Shown one piece after another: positions 30,262 through 38,939 of a stretch of 64,000 nt of DNA. Below the pieces are notes generated by a model that was not told where the DNA came from, ran no database searches, and worked only from the letters and a program-made list of their open reading frames with translations. Positions within the stretch are counted from its first letter, which is position 1. Every line of letters starts with the position of its first letter. This DNA comes from Beijerinckiaceae bacterium (GTDB lineage: Bacteria; Pseudomonadota; Alphaproteobacteria; Rhizobiales; Beijerinckiaceae), in NCBI GenBank assembly GCA_947453155.1, contig CANGFE010000004.1, positions 7,101 through 71,100 of the forward strand, given 5' to 3'. The position numbers and the translations under genes were made by a program.

Positions 30262-30277
30262 AGCAAATTTCATGCCG
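30262..30277 (-). promoter_or_regulatory. Candidate sigma54 (-24/-12) promoter
   Basis: Minus strand CGGCATGAAATTTGCT = GG-N10-GC with GGCAYG-N4-TTGC. Confidence 0.65.
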
Positions 30278-30312
30278 TCATTAAAACACTGAAATTAAAG
30301 GGATAATACCCC

Positions 30313-31830
30313 TTAATCGTCCTTTGGCTTTTTAGCCTTGGCGCGTGTCCGCAGGGTCGGGACTTCCGTATGCGAGCGCATGAGATCGGATTTGATCTCG
30401 TCGAGCTCTTTTTCCAGCGTCGATTTGGCATTGTCGACGGCCAGCTGTGGGCCGGGCTCTGAGCCGCTGTTATTGCCGCTCTTGAGCTCGAAAATGGTCT
30501 GCTGCATCTGGACGCGGTCGCGACGGGCGGCTTCCAAAGCGCCTTCCACGAAGCCACGTTCGATCTGCTCTTTGTTGAGCGATTCCGTCAGCTGGTTGAT
30601 GCGCGCTTGCAGCGTGTTGATGCGCAGCTCGGATTCGGATTCGAAGCGCAGGATCGTCGACTGCATGCTCTCGATGCGCGAGGCGGCCTGACGATTGAGT
30701 TCTTCCGCGTTTTGCAATTTACCAAACAATTCGCCGCTGCGCTGGCTGGCCAGGCTCAAGGCGCGTTCGGCATCTTCAGCACGGCGCTGGGCAATGTTGG
30801 AATCGGCGGTCACTTCTGACAAACGCGCCTGCAGGCTTTCGATCTCGCGACCCTGCTCGGAATAACGCACCTGCTCGTCCGACAGGCGGCGGATTTCGTC
30901 GCGGCTCTGCACCAGCAATTGCTCGGAGACGCGAATGCGCGAATTCAGCGCTTCGATCTTGATCTCATAAGAGCTGCGAATTTGCTCGGCGCGCGCTTCG
31001 GCATTGGCAACAGCGCCACGCAGGCTTTCATTCTCGGCCGACAAAGCCACCTGATCGGTCTCGAGCAAGCGGATGCGCGTACGATATTTGTCTGTGGCTG
31101 CGGAGGATTCCAGCACCTGCTTCTTGAGAAGCATGGTCTGCTGTGTGAGATCATCCACTGAACGGGTCAGCGACAGCACTTCATCCGCCTGCTGCGCAAC
31201 CTTATCGTTCAGATTGCGCTTCTCATCCTGCAATTCGGCGACAGTCAGCTCGGCTTCGCGCGTGCGCAGCATCGAACGACCGAGGTCTTCCTGCAAAACC
31301 TCGTTTTCGTTCTTGACGTTTTCGAGTTCAAACTCGCGCGAGCGAAGTGTCGTGATTTTCTCCGACAGCTGGTCGCGGGTGGAGCGGAACTGCTCATCGA
31401 GAACGGAATAATTCTGCGCGCCGGCCACATTGTCGTTGAGCAGCCGCTCATTGTCCTTGCGCACTTCTTCGAGCTTGATGAAGAGCGCTTGAATTTCGAG
31501 GCTTTGGGTTTCCGACAATTGGCGCTGCGCATCCAGATTGGCGCGCGTTTCTTCCAACAGACCAGCTGTCAGCTGCAATTCGCCAACAACCTTCTGGAAA
31601 TCGGTGAAAACCGCCGAGAGCTCGTTGGTCAACGGCTCAATCACGCGGGTCAGGCCAATCACATGTTCGCAGCGATTGCGCAGAGCTTCATTCTTGCCGC
31701 CCAAGATGCGGATCAGCGAAGCAGCAGAACGTTCAACTTCATTGACAGGTTGCGTCGATGTCGCAGTAGACGCAGGAACGTCTAGCTGTGATTTGCCAAG
31801 CAGACCGGCAAGACTGAGCGGCACGCGCAT
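30313..31830 (-). CDS. creS: Crescentin-like intermediate-filament coiled-coil protein
   Basis: Continuous heptad coiled coil; IEPL and RANLDAQRQ near N-terminus and EGALEAARRDR near C-terminus match recalled Caulobacter CreS segments in the same order. Confidence 0.75.
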   Translation of the reverse strand: MRVPLSLAGLLGKSQLDVPASTATSTQPVNEVERSAASLIRILGGKNEALRNRCEHVIGLTRVIEPLTNELSAVFTDFQKVVGELQLTAGLLEETRANLDAQRQLSETQSLEIQALFIKLEEVRKDNERLLNDNVAGAQNYSVLDEQFRSTRDQLSEKITTLRSREFELENVKNENEVLQEDLGRSMLRTREAELTVAELQDEKRNLNDKVAQQADEVLSLTRSVDDLTQQTMLLKKQVLESSAATDKYRTRIRLLETDQVALSAENESLRGAVANAEARAEQIRSSYEIKIEALNSRIRVSEQLLVQSRDEIRRLSDEQVRYSEQGREIESLQARLSEVTADSNIAQRRAEDAERALSLASQRSGELFGKLQNAEELNRQAASRIESMQSTILRFESESELRINTLQARINQLTESLNKEQIERGFVEGALEAARRDRVQMQQTIFELKSGNNSGSEPGPQLAVDNAKSTLEKELDEIKSDLMRSHTEVPTLRTRAKAKKPKDD

Positions 31831-32059
31831 GAAATGATTCCCCGAAACGGAAGAGCGTGCATGAGACCTACATCTGCCCCCTCGCCCAAGCAACTGGCGT
31901 GCATGCCCAATCGGGCCCATTCCAGACGAAATTTGATGCAAATTGTACTTATCTGACAGACATCTGCAGTCTGTTTCAGATCGCGTTACAAAGCACTCTC
32001 CAAGCGGGAGCGGAAAAGGCTCGTTGCACGTATGAGCTGAAACGCAACCCGAAAAAAGT

Positions 32060-32086
32060 AAGGCCCGCATCAGGCGGGCCTTTTTT
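32060..32086. terminator. Intrinsic terminator (possibly bidirectional)
   Basis: AAGGCCCGC-atcag-GCGGGCCTT with flanking A and T runs. Confidence 0.75.
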
Positions 32087-33066
32087 CATTTCGCCGTATC
32101 GGCTTCGGGCTTGATGCCCAGTGTTTTGACGAGGGCAATATTGAGGTCCACTTCCTTGCGGACGTAATCGTCAAATTCCGCCGCACTCATCGGCATAGGA
32201 TCAGCGCCCATGGCGGCGAATTTGCCGCGCACCTCCGCGCTATCGAGAGAAGCGCGCAACTCCTTGGCGAGGCGGTCGACAATCGGCTTGGGGGTCTTGG
32301 CCGGGGCAAAAGCGCCCACCCAGAATTCATAGCCTGAATCCTTATATCCGGCCTCGACGGTCGTCGGCACATCTGGGAGCACCGAGGAACGACGCGCGCT
32401 GGAGACGGTCAGCGCCTTCAACTTGCCCTCGCGAATAAGCGACAAGGCCGGGGGCACGGGCGAGAAGTAGAAATCAACGCGACCGGCGACCACTTCATTG
32501 ATGGCCTCGGGCGCCCCAGCGAAGGGCACATGCGCGCCGTCAAAACCCGCTGCCATACGCAGGCGCTCAGCCGCAAAATGCGTGGAATTGCCGATCCCGC
32601 CCGACCCGTAATTGATGGAGCCCGGCTTGGCTTTCGCCGCCTTGACGAAATCGGCCAGATTGGCCCAATCACGCGATGCCGGCACGACCATCACGGTCGG
32701 GATGCTGGCCAAAGGGGCAAGCGCCACGAAATCGCGCACCACATCAAAGCTGAGATTGGTGAACATGGCCGGGAAGACCGTATGGGTCGAGGAATTGACC
32801 AGCAGCGTATAGCCATCGGCCTCTGCTCGGGCGGCCGCGGCCGCGCCAATGCGCTGGCCCGCTCCGGGGCGGTTTTCGATGATGATCGTCTGCCCGATCT
32901 GCTTGCTGACCTGCTCAAAGGCCAGACGGGCCAGCACGTCCGTGGCGCTTCCGGGGGAAAGGGTGACAACTACCTTGATCGGCTGACGAGTCGGCCATTC
33001 CTGAGCGGCCACGGGGGCAGCAAAACCGACAGCGGCAAAAACCAGCCCTACGAAAAGACGTTTCAT
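32086..33066 (-). CDS. Tripartite tricarboxylate transporter substrate-binding protein (Bug/TctC)
   Basis: WPTRQPIK...PGSATDVLAR, ENRPGAG, DGYTLL, YGSGG.G, PDVPT. Confidence 0.92.
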   Translation of the reverse strand: MKRLFVGLVFAAVGFAAPVAAQEWPTRQPIKVVVTLSPGSATDVLARLAFEQVSKQIGQTIIIENRPGAGQRIGAAAAARAEADGYTLLVNSSTHTVFPAMFTNLSFDVVRDFVALAPLASIPTVMVVPASRDWANLADFVKAAKAKPGSINYGSGGIGNSTHFAAERLRMAAGFDGAHVPFAGAPEAINEVVAGRVDFYFSPVPPALSLIREGKLKALTVSSARRSSVLPDVPTTVEAGYKDSGYEFWVGAFAPAKTPKPIVDRLAKELRASLDSAEVRGKFAAMGADPMPMSAAEFDDYVRKEVDLNIALVKTLGIKPEADTAK

Positions 33067-33264
33067 CCCGAATTTCCTGTTTTGTTTCAAAAAATCACGC
33101 TAAGACATAGGCGTGGCTTTGGTCCTGGGCAAGGATCAGCCATGCTTGAGTCGTCCCTGCCCCCAGCTCACGGAAACGTGAACAGGCAAGGCATGGCATC
33201 ACAAGCCGAACGGGTTACTCCTATCACGCGGCCGTGAAGTGCCGGACAAAAAAGGGAAGAAACA

Positions 33265-33804
33265 GTGTCCAGATTGTCGAACTCCGATCTCCTCGCCGTT
33301 CCGGGCTATACGCTGCGTGAAGAAGATAAGTTCGCCCCCGTCAGCCTCGACCAGCTCCAGGCGACAGCGCGCAACTGCTATTTGGTTATCGCCGTAAACA
33401 CGGTCTGGCTGCTCATCCCGCTGATCGGCATGCTGACCGGCAATAATGTCGTGGCCATTTTCTTCGGACTGGTCGTGGCCGCTGCTGTGCTCTTCCTGGC
33501 CAATAATTATCTCGCCCGTAAATGGTACTACAACACGGATGCCGCCAAGGGCACGGTGTTTGAAAGCCATTACGAGCGCATCGACTTTATCGGCTTCGTG
33601 ACCTTCTTCGTCACCATGGTCGCCACGCTCGCCTTCATGATCATCTCGGTCTTTGCGGCGAATATTTTCAAGGGCATCGGCCAACAGGTTGTGCTCGTGC
33701 TCGACATTGCTTTCTCCGGCCTGCTGATCGTTCTGGCAGCCTGGATCCTCAAGCAATGCAGCAAGGGTCTCGCGACCGGCCTTCGTAAAGAGCCCTTCGC
33801 TTAA
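33265..33804 (+). CDS. Integral membrane protein, DUF4870-like
   Basis: 4 hydrophobic segments; KGTVFESH motif and terminal KG..L..EP resemble DUF4870. Confidence 0.6.
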   Translation: MSRLSNSDLLAVPGYTLREEDKFAPVSLDQLQATARNCYLVIAVNTVWLLIPLIGMLTGNNVVAIFFGLVVAAAVLFLANNYLARKWYYNTDAAKGTVFESHYERIDFIGFVTFFVTMVATLAFMIISVFAANIFKGIGQQVVLVLDIAFSGLLIVLAAWILKQCSKGLATGLRKEPFA

Positions 33805-33831
33805 GACTCCAGCTTTTTGAGCTTATTCATG

Positions 33832-33866
33832 AAGCCCGTGCGTGACATTCACGCGCGGGCTTTTTA
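33832..33866 (+). terminator. Intrinsic terminator between convergent genes
   Basis: AAGCCCGTGCGTGA-cat-TCACGCGCGGGCTT + T-run. Confidence 0.8.
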
Positions 33867-35060
33867 TTTGGCCGGGCGCGCAGGCACTTTCAGATAAAGC
33901 AGGAAAGAGCCCAGCAACAGAACACCAATCAGGCCATGCAAAGCGCCATAGACTTGGTCGCCCTGCAGGCCTTGAGCGAGACGCGATTCAACAAAAGCGC
34001 CTGACACAAATTGCAGCAGCCCTGCTCCGCCGATGGAGAGAAAATTCATCGTCGTGACGCCGCGCCCCAAAAGATGCGCAGGAAAGAACAGCCGCGCATG
34101 GGCGAGCAAGATCGCATAGGACATGCCGAAAAAGCCGAGCATGGCGTAAAGCACCAGCGAGCCTGTCGCCGATGATGCGCCGAAAAAATAAAGCGCGAAA
34201 AGCACGCCCAATGTGATGCAGCAGCCTGCGACAATGACAGGTTTCGCGCCACCAAATTTTTGTTCCATCGGCCCATAGGCCAAAGCGCCGAGCGACATAG
34301 CGGTAGCCATGAGCAAGGCGGCATGCCCGCGCTCAGTCACATCAAAGCCATGCACCGTGCCGAAATAAGGAGCGAGCCAAAGCCCACGCAAAGCCGCAAC
34401 GCTCGCATAGCTGACCAAAGCAAAAGCTGCCATGAGCAGGATGGGGCGCATCGATAAAATCGCAAAAAGCCCTGAGAAGAAGCCGTCTTTTGTCCCGCTT
34501 TGATTGGTGACTTGCGGTGGATCTTTGATGACGATGAAAATCAGCAATGCCGAGATGGCGGTGGCCACAGCAATGCCGATCATACTGTCGCGCCAGCCAA
34601 TCATGGCGGCGGCATAAGCCAGTGGCGCAGAGCCCAACAAATTGCCAAACGACCCGAAGCCGATAATCATGGAGCCGAGCAGCGCAAATTTCTCTGGCGG
34701 TGCGGTGCGGCCAAAATAATACATCGTACCCATCAGGATCGGTGAACACCCGATGCCGATCAGCGACATGGCAAAAGCCGCTGTCGTAAAACTCGTCGCC
34801 AGCGAAAAGAGAACCGCACCCGCAACCGCCACAAGAAAAAGCCCCGCCATGGTGCGACGCGGCCCGATGCGATCCAGCGCAATACCCACCGGAAATTGCG
34901 CCAGCGCGAAAGTGGCAAACCAAATGGCCGAGAGATTGCCTAGCGCCGCTGGCCCGAGCACGAGATCGCGCGACAAATCTGCCGCAATGACGGCCAGAAA
35001 AGCGCGATAAAATTGGCTCAGCACATAGCCGAGGAGAAGGACGAGAAAAGCATTATTCAT
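33864..35060 (-). CDS. MFS transporter
   Basis: ~12 hydrophobic segments; motif A GIALDRIGPRR; LSQFYR. Confidence 0.9.
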   Translation of the reverse strand: MNNAFLVLLLGYVLSQFYRAFLAVIAADLSRDLVLGPAALGNLSAIWFATFALAQFPVGIALDRIGPRRTMAGLFLVAVAGAVLFSLATSFTTAAFAMSLIGIGCSPILMGTMYYFGRTAPPEKFALLGSMIIGFGSFGNLLGSAPLAYAAAMIGWRDSMIGIAVATAISALLIFIVIKDPPQVTNQSGTKDGFFSGLFAILSMRPILLMAAFALVSYASVAALRGLWLAPYFGTVHGFDVTERGHAALLMATAMSLGALAYGPMEQKFGGAKPVIVAGCCITLGVLFALYFFGASSATGSLVLYAMLGFFGMSYAILLAHARLFFPAHLLGRGVTTMNFLSIGGAGLLQFVSGAFVESRLAQGLQGDQVYGALHGLIGVLLLGSFLLYLKVPARPAK

Positions 35061-35108
35061 GGCAAGCAGATTAGCTCGGCTGATGACCAAGGCCAAGCCG
35101 GAGAGATC

Positions 35109-35324
35109 TTAATCATCGAACGACTGCCAAATTTTCATGGCGATGAAAGCGCCGATGGCTGCACCGATCCACGCGCCCCCCGATCCACCCGTCAATTGAA
35201 ATCCAAGAATGGCGCAAACTGGGATGAAAAAGGCGAAAGGCAAAAGCACAAGCCCCGTGGCGATGAGAATGGGCGCAACCGCCAAACCAATCCAGATCAT
35301 GATGCCAACACCAATCCAATGCAT
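35109..35324 (-). CDS. Small hydrophobic membrane protein (71 aa)
   Basis: GAGGGA RBS; starts 10 bp after the WYL stop; almost entirely hydrophobic/Gly. Confidence 0.65.
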   Translation of the reverse strand: MHWIGVGIMIWIGLAVAPILIATGLVLLPFAFFIPVCAILGFQLTGGSGGAWIGAAIGAFIAMKIWQSFDD

Positions 35325-35334
35325 CGTCTTTCCC

Positions 35335-36327
35335 TCACGGTAGAGCGGGGAAATCTGACCTCTGATAGGCTTTCACCATATCGCGCAATTTTGCGGGCTT
35401 GAGCACTTCGACCTTGTCGCCCCATTGGTAGAGATACCAGGCCATTTCCAGATGACCCGCCGCCTTGAAGCGAATGAGGATGGATCCGTCGGCGAGCGTT
35501 TCTTCCTCTTGCTCGGGATGAAACAAAGTGCCGCGCACATGGTTGGCGGCTTCTGGAGCAAAGCGCCATTCGATCTCGCCATATTCGGCATCATTTTGAT
35601 AAAGCCCGAAGCCGCGATTGGCGAAAGATTGCAAATCGAAATCGGCGGGACGTTCAAAATATTCGTCGGTGAGCACGGCCGAACTGATTGCATCCATGCG
35701 ATAAGTCTTGATCGCATTGCGGCTCGATTGCGGATCATGCGCAACAAGATAACGCCGTGCACCCGACAAAAGCCCATAGGGCGCTACACGGCGCACCACA
35801 GGCGCCTCATCGAGATGCGAGCGATAGGTGATGTCGAGAACGCGGCAGGCTTTGATCGCTTCCGCAACATTCAAAGCCACATCTTCATTCACACGCGGGC
35901 GCGGCCCCGGACGCGCGACAAAACCCTGCGCTTCGAGAATGGCATCACTATCGGGCTCGATGCGCGTGATCTGCTGGCTTGGCACAAGCGCCAGCACTTT
36001 GTTGCGCAAAGCCTGCAAAGCTTTGGCTTCAATCGAAAGCCCCGCATGACTCAAATGGCTGATGCCAAGTTCAAGCGCTGCTGCCTCTTCTGCCGAAAGC
36101 GAGAAAAACTCGCGCATATGACCTGACGCCATGCGCCAGCGTTTGCGCCCTGCCTCATCGGTGAAGCTCTCAGTCTCAGGGAAATTGGCTTCGAGCGCGC
36201 GAAACATGCGCTGCGCCGTGCGCAACGACACGCCGTAATGCTCAACCACATCATCCAATGTCAGGCCCAGACGGGAGGAAGCCCGACGTGCCAGTTCAAT
36301 CAATTGTTCCGCTTTATCGAAGCTCAT
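35335..36327 (-). CDS. HTH-WYL-WCX transcriptional regulator, DriD/PafBC-like
   Basis: N-terminal wHTH (GLTLDDV...VSLRTAQR), WYL domain (VAPYGLL..RRYLVA..YRMDAI), C-terminal FHPEQ...YQWGDKVEVLKP. Confidence 0.9.
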   Translation of the reverse strand: MSFDKAEQLIELARRASSRLGLTLDDVVEHYGVSLRTAQRMFRALEANFPETESFTDEAGRKRWRMASGHMREFFSLSAEEAAALELGISHLSHAGLSIEAKALQALRNKVLALVPSQQITRIEPDSDAILEAQGFVARPGPRPRVNEDVALNVAEAIKACRVLDITYRSHLDEAPVVRRVAPYGLLSGARRYLVAHDPQSSRNAIKTYRMDAISSAVLTDEYFERPADFDLQSFANRGFGLYQNDAEYGEIEWRFAPEAANHVRGTLFHPEQEEETLADGSILIRFKAAGHLEMAWYLYQWGDKVEVLKPAKLRDMVKAYQRSDFPALP

Positions 36328-36350
36328 AGGTCCTGCTCCTTGATGAGCAG

Positions 36351-36385
36351 AAGTTAGACTAGCCGGGCGACAATCCCTGTCACCC
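36351..36385 (-). promoter_or_regulatory. Candidate WYL operator overlapping promoter
   Basis: Palindrome GGGCGACA-N5-TGTCACCC; minus strand TGTCGC-N10-TAACTT. Confidence 0.6.
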
Positions 36386-36410
36386 CTCGATTGGGGAACA
36401 AATGGCCCGA

Positions 36411-37226
36411 TTAGGGCCGCGGATCAGGCTTTCTCAACACCGGCGCTTCACGCGCCTCCACAGCCGCCTGATGCGGCGGCACATCCTTGCGCCATCGGCT
36501 ACCAACAAAACGCTCGCCGTTGTGGCCATTGGATTGCGGCGAGGCGAACCAGATGACGGCATCATCCATCACATCGACAGGCAATGTACGACGCTCGGGC
36601 GTGGGTGGGCGCGTGCCATCCGTATCCACCATGCCGCCGGGGATGAGAATATTGCAGGTGACGCCCGTGCCTTCGAGATCAGCCGCCCAAATCAGAGAAG
36701 CCGCATCAACCGCCGCCTTGGTGACACCATATGGCGAATTATGTTTGCGCTGCATCGTATCGAGCGAGGTCGAAATATTGATGATGCGGCCCCATTTGCG
36801 CTTGATGAGATGCGGCGCAACCGCACGTGACATCAGGAATATGCCCGACACATTCACATTCACCGCTTCCACCCAAATCTCCGGATTGGATTCCCAGAAC
36901 GGAAAATTATTGCCTTCAACCGGCAGGCCGGGACCACGCTGTTCACGCCGCGCATTATTAACGAGCACGGAAAGGTCGCCAAAAGCCTTCAGCGTTTCCT
37001 GCACCACACGCGCGCAATCAGCAGGCTTGGTGATATCCGTCACAACAGCAATGGCGCGCTTGGCGCCGTAGCGTGCGTTGATCTCGCCTGCTGTCTCTTC
37101 CAACAAGTTCTTTTGCGGAGAGGCGAGCGTGACACGTGCACCTGATCGCGCCATGGCCATTGCCATGGAACGGCCAAGACCCACACTGGCGCCTGTGACA
37201 ATGGCAACTTGTCCGTCGAGCAACAT
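36411..37226 (-). CDS. SDR family oxidoreductase
   Basis: TGASVGLG, VNNA, IINIS, YGVTK (YxxxK). Confidence 0.92.
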   Translation of the reverse strand: MLLDGQVAIVTGASVGLGRSMAMAMARSGARVTLASPQKNLLEETAGEINARYGAKRAIAVVTDITKPADCARVVQETLKAFGDLSVLVNNARREQRGPGLPVEGNNFPFWESNPEIWVEAVNVNVSGIFLMSRAVAPHLIKRKWGRIINISTSLDTMQRKHNSPYGVTKAAVDAASLIWAADLEGTGVTCNILIPGGMVDTDGTRPPTPERRTLPVDVMDDAVIWFASPQSNGHNGERFVGSRWRKDVPPHQAAVEAREAPVLRKPDPRP

Positions 37227-37228
37227 GA

Positions 37229-38938
37229 TCAGGCTCCTCGCGCAGCGCGCGTCGCGGCATCATCAACAGCACCCTTGGCATCCAGCACGACTTTATAAAG
37301 ATCGCGGGCGGATTCTTTCGACACATAGCCCATGACAACATCGCGCTGCACCGCTTGCGGGTCGCGCTTCAGCGGATCACCCAAACCGCCGCCACCCGGC
37401 ATTTCCACCACAAGCCTTTCGCCTGTCGGAATGACCTGTGTCCCGCGCGGCGGCACGACAGCGCCCGAGGCCAGATGCAAGGTGCCGGCAGCCCCATCCG
37501 CACCACCACCGCGCCCGGCGGCTGGATATTTCACGCGCTGGAAGCGCGCAAAAATCGCAAAAGGTTCCTCTTCGCGCGAACCGACTTCAATCGTCTGCCC
37601 AAGCCCCCCGCGATAAAAACCCGCACCACCGGAATCGCGCCGCAATTCCTTTCGCCAGAAAACAAGTGGCGTCATGGCTTCGGTAATTTCAATCGCAATG
37701 GCTTTCACGCCCGACGGATAGGGGGTGGCGGCAATGCCGTCATGTTTCCAATGCGCGCCCATGCCGCCGCTCTGGAAATTCTGCGAGAGAAACTTCGTGC
37801 CCTTGGCATCAGGCCCTGTGACACCGGGGCCTGCACCAAAGCGCAAGCTCCAGCTCGCCCCCGTGCCTTCGGCGGGCGCTTGTCCGGGCATGGCTTTCTC
37901 AAAGCAACCAAAAGCAACATCGGGCAACATTTGCCCGATCAACGCACGCGCTGTGACGGGTGCCGGGAATGGCGCATTGACGATGGTGCCTTCCGGCGCT
38001 GTGACGACAATGCGCGCCAAGACAGCGGCATTATTGGCGAGGCGCGGTGCGACAAGGCATTTGATGCCGAAACTCGTATAAGCATCCGTGTAGCAAATTG
38101 GGCAATTGATGCCGTATTTGGAGACGGCCGACGTACCCGAAAAATCAATATAGATTTTCTCGCCATCGATTTTCAGCGTCGCAGCAATCTCGACCGGATC
38201 GGCAAAACCATCGATCGTGACCTTGTGCGACCAAGTGCCCTTCGGCAATTGCGCAATGGCCTCGCGCATGGATTTGTCGCTGGACGACAGAATATGATCG
38301 CTCAAATCATCCAGCGAGCCGAGCTTATATTCTTCCATCATGCTGGAGAGTTGCTTGCCGCCAGCTTCATTGGAGGCAATCAAAGCATAGACATCGCCCT
38401 CGAGCTTTTCGGGCTCGCGGCTATTGGCGCAAAGTAGTTTCATCAGCCATTGATTGATCTCGCCCTGCATGACCAGCGGCATGATCGGCAGGAACAGACC
38501 TTCGGCAAAAACGTCGCGCGAATTGGGATCGGGCCCATTGCCACCAATATCGGCCACATGCGCCGTGCAAGCGAAAATCGCGACGAGCTTGCCCTTGTGG
38601 AAGGTCGGCGTGACAACGGTGAAATCGAAGAGATGCCCCGTGCCGCGCCACGGATCATTCGTCATATAAACATCGCCCGGCTTCATTGTGTCAGACGGAA
38701 AGACTTTCAGAAATTCACGGATGGAGCGCGCCATGGAATTGATATGGCCGGGAGTGCCCGTCACTGCTTGCGCAAGCAAATCGCCTTTGGTGTTGAAGAC
38801 ACCAGCCGACAAATCGCCGGCTTCACGCACGACGGTTGAGAAAGCGACACGCATCAATGTGCGGGCCTGCTCTTCGACGACAGAGATCAGGCGATCCCAC
38901 ATGACCTGATTGCGGATTTTCTGGAATTGCGAGCTCAT
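37229..38938 (-). CDS. Hydantoinase B/oxoprolinase family protein
   Basis: AFSTVVREAGDLS, TPGH, NDPW.GTGHL.D, H..DIGG, PGGGGLGDP..RD. Confidence 0.92.
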   Translation of the reverse strand: MSSQFQKIRNQVMWDRLISVVEEQARTLMRVAFSTVVREAGDLSAGVFNTKGDLLAQAVTGTPGHINSMARSIREFLKVFPSDTMKPGDVYMTNDPWRGTGHLFDFTVVTPTFHKGKLVAIFACTAHVADIGGNGPDPNSRDVFAEGLFLPIMPLVMQGEINQWLMKLLCANSREPEKLEGDVYALIASNEAGGKQLSSMMEEYKLGSLDDLSDHILSSSDKSMREAIAQLPKGTWSHKVTIDGFADPVEIAATLKIDGEKIYIDFSGTSAVSKYGINCPICYTDAYTSFGIKCLVAPRLANNAAVLARIVVTAPEGTIVNAPFPAPVTARALIGQMLPDVAFGCFEKAMPGQAPAEGTGASWSLRFGAGPGVTGPDAKGTKFLSQNFQSGGMGAHWKHDGIAATPYPSGVKAIAIEITEAMTPLVFWRKELRRDSGGAGFYRGGLGQTIEVGSREEEPFAIFARFQRVKYPAAGRGGGADGAAGTLHLASGAVVPPRGTQVIPTGERLVVEMPGGGGLGDPLKRDPQAVQRDVVMGYVSKESARDLYKVVLDAKGAVDDAATRAARGA

Positions 38939-38939
38939 C

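Noticed and set aside
30281-30298. TTAA...TTAA as a possible CtrA box
   Set aside because: Spacer is 10 nt, not 7
35335-36327. WYL gene as marker of a phage-defence island
   Set aside because: Neighbours are metabolic and transport genes; sequence resembles the DriD/PafBC type and no defence genes are adjacent
37355-38437. 360-aa plus-strand ORF
   Set aside because: Antisense to hydantoinase B; typical GC-rich shadow frame
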